DNA of 64,000 bases from Yuukianura sp. NJ FZ-2021 (taxonomy: Eukaryota). The notes below the pieces were generated by a model that searched no databases, was not told the DNA's origin, and worked only from the letters and a program-made list of their open reading frames with translations. Where the stretch lies: NCBI GenBank assembly GCA_046563655.1, contig CM102290.1, positions 14,322,001-14,386,000 on the forward strand, written 5' to 3'. The position numbers and the translations under genes are program-made. Positions within the stretch are counted from its first letter, which is position 1; each line of letters opens with the position of its first letter. Shown piece after piece: positions 61,543-64,000 of the stretch.

Positions 61543-63316
61543 ATGGCGCCAATTGTTACTCTGGTCATGACTCTCTTACTGTTGAGTGTGTGCAGTCCAG
61601 AAGAGCAGAGGTCACGAGGTCAAAGTGCTTGGACACACCAAGAACCAGAACACAAAGCAATTGCTTCAGTTTCAACTAGAAATCGCAATCCGATCTACGA
61701 TTTTGCAACGAATCTGTACTTGTCCGTGTCCAAATTGAAGTCAGCCGAATCAAATATGCTCATTTCTCCATTTTCAATTAGAGCAATTACGGCCTTGATT
61801 TATTTGAGTTCAAGAGGTAAGGGATGAACTCAAATTTTGAAAAAAAGAATTTTTGAAAAACTTTTTTTGAATTTTGAATCCAGGAAAAACTGCTGAGGAA
61901 ATCAGGCAAGCGCTGTTGTTCCCGTCGAGCCACGATGAGTTGGTCATCGGCCTTGCAAAACACATGTCGTCAACAAAGGTATTTTCAAAACTGTTGACCT
62001 TTTGACCCCAAGGTTTATTGACTTTGATTTTCTTTCACAGGTTGGGTAATACCTCATGTTATTTCCATTTTGCAACTTTTCATTTTAGTGCATCGTAGTC
62101 ATAACAATACAACCAATTTTTTTTTAATTTTGCATACAATTTGGTACCAATTTCATGTTTTTTGTCAACAAGGGAGGTAGTACTCAACCTGTTAAAGAAA
62201 ATTAACTTTTCGTTGTCAAGGAACCTTGATTCGGGTAAAATTGACCTTTCTTTGTCTTTAGGTACTCCAGAACTCAAAGTTTGACATTGGAAATGGAATT
62301 TTTGTAAAAGAAGGACTTTTTCTGAATCGAACTTACGCCCAAATTGTAAAACAAAAGTTGAACTCTGACATTCAGAACGTCAACTTCGGAAGTCCGACGG
62401 ACGCGGCGAACCGAATCAACGGTTGGGTTCGTGACGTCACCAAAAACCGGATTTCGGCACTCGTGGACCACCGAACACTAAGTCCAGCCACTTCGGTCTT
62501 CATGGCCAACGCCCTGTACTTCAGTGGCCAATGGGCACAGCCTTTTGATGACATGTCCACCAGTCCGGGCACTTTTGTGCTCTCGTCAGGTCAAAAGGTC
62601 ACGGTGTCCATGATGCAAGTTGAATCCAGTTTCCACTACAACTACATTCCGGAACTGAGAGCTACCGGAATCTCACTACCGTTTCGCGACAACCGGTTCG
62701 AACTGATTGTTTTGAAACCGGAACTGAACTTGAAGCAACTCGAAACGGACCTGAGAAATTACCCGCTCAATTTGATTTCAAATGAAATCAAAAAACAAAC
62801 GAGGAATGTACTGCTCAGAATGCCAAAGTTCCGGCTCGACGTGCACTACGACTTGGTCGATGTTATGAAAAAGGTAATCACTTTTTAGAAAAAAAACTAA
62901 TAAAAATTTCAGTTTTTCTTCAAAATTTTGAAATTTTTGAAGCTCGGGATCACAACGTTGTTTGATTCGACAATGGCAGAGTTGAGCGGACTCACGAAAG
63001 CGGGCGACAAGCATTTCGTGTCACAAATTGTTCACCAAACTGCTCTTGACGTAAGTCCGAATTATAATTATAGAAGTTTTTAAAATTTTGAAGAAAATTT
63101 CTGAAACTAAAATTTTGAAAATTTTTGTTTGAATAGGTTAATGAACAAGGCGCAGACGCTGCGGCAGCTACAAGCGTTTCATTTTACCCCATTTCTTCAC
63201 CGTCGTTTTTTACTGTGGATACGCCGTTTATGTTTCTGCTCAACGATAGGCTGACGGGTCCAGTTTTCATCGGACGATTAGCCAATCCCGCGAGAGCGTC
63301 AACGTCACATGATTGA
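61543..63316 (+). CDS. Secreted serpin; exons 61543-61816, 61884-61978, 62262-62873, 62943-63050, 63137-63316
   Basis: Signal peptide MAPIVTLVMTLLLLSVC; NMLISPFSI; INGWVRDVTKNRI; NALYFSGQW; MPKFRL; hinge VNEQGADAAAAT; FTVDTPFMF; FIGRLANP. Confidence 0.95.
62027..62202. mobile_element. Small inverted-repeat (MITE-like) element in serpin intron 2
   Basis: ATTTTCTTTCACAGGTTGGGTAATACCTC (62027-62055) versus the reverse complement of 62174-62202, 3 mismatches. No clear TSD. Confidence 0.55.
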
Positions 63317-64000
63317 CCTGCAAAATTCAAAATTTCCTGCCCTGACCTTTGACCTGCAGGTCAAGTATGAGCAAGGTCAAAGGTTAATCTGCAAAGTCCC
63401 AGAAATACACGAAATTCTCCATTTCTTGCAGCTTGTTATGGAACACGTTGCACATTTCCAAAAATTTTGAATTTGGAAAGTTAAACTTAATAGTGGCTTT
63501 ATTCACAGAAAAACTAAAATTTTAATTACTTAATTCGTGTGTTAATTATCCGACAGAATTTAGAATCTTAAGTCAATGCAACAATTTACACAAAAGTCCA
63601 CACTAACTTTAAACCTAACAACTAAAACTTACATTCACAATTAAAATGCTTAAAATTCCTAAAATTTTGAAATAAGGAATGAAAACATTTGGAATAAATA
63701 TAAAAGGGAGAGAAAATGTACAGTGAAATTTTGTTAAAATTTCAAGTTTTAACAAATATAAAAAGTTAAAATACCCACGAAACAGCGTCACTTTTCGATA
63801 CTTTCAGCAAACAAAAAAAAAACTTTGACCTTCAATTTAGCGCTTTTTTCATTTTTAAAATTTCAATTTCGACACTTTCAAAATTTCTATCCGACCCTTG
63901 ACCTTTGTAGAACAACAAACTTTACAATAAGTTTAATACAACAAGAAATAAAGCAAATCGTGAAATACGCAAGTTTTGGCGAAAAAAAAAACGTTTGAAA

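Noticed and set aside
62041..62045. 5-nt serpin microexon or recursive AG|GT splice site
   Set aside because: Flanking exons already join in phase 0, inclusion would frameshift, and the site lies inside the arm of a MITE-like inverted repeat.

Overview
Eukaryotic (animal, arthropod-like) genomic DNA: AT-rich, gene-dense, with many short GT-AG introns. Protein genes in order: the 3' end of an unidentified gene (+); RPL15 (-), hosting two intronic C/D snoRNAs (U14-like and an 18S Gm1328 guide); a Nup62/Nsp1-C-only gene without FG repeats (+); a small single-TM ORF (-); MYPT1/PPP1R12/Mbs (+), with an internal alternative first exon and two alternative leucine-zipper last exons; MGAT4 (-); a PHR-domain-only gene (+) overlapped by an apparent spliced antisense transcript; UTP20 (-); and a secreted serpin (+). 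The non-genic fraction is dominated by one family of non-autonomous Helentron/DINE-1-like (HINE) elements (subterminal IR TAAGTAGCGAAAG, (GTCT)n, GGTCAAAGGTCA motif, 3' hairpin) and by tandem arrays of about 163, 322, 131, 59 and 21 bp. The most striking structure is an ~8.4 kb foldback-like locus (6114-14552): two inverted 163-bp satellite arrays around HINE elements, bounded by a 24-bp inverted repeat. All gene models were spliced and translated by eye, and family names come from remembered motifs, not database searches. No tRNA, rRNA, CRISPR array or transposase ORF was seen.
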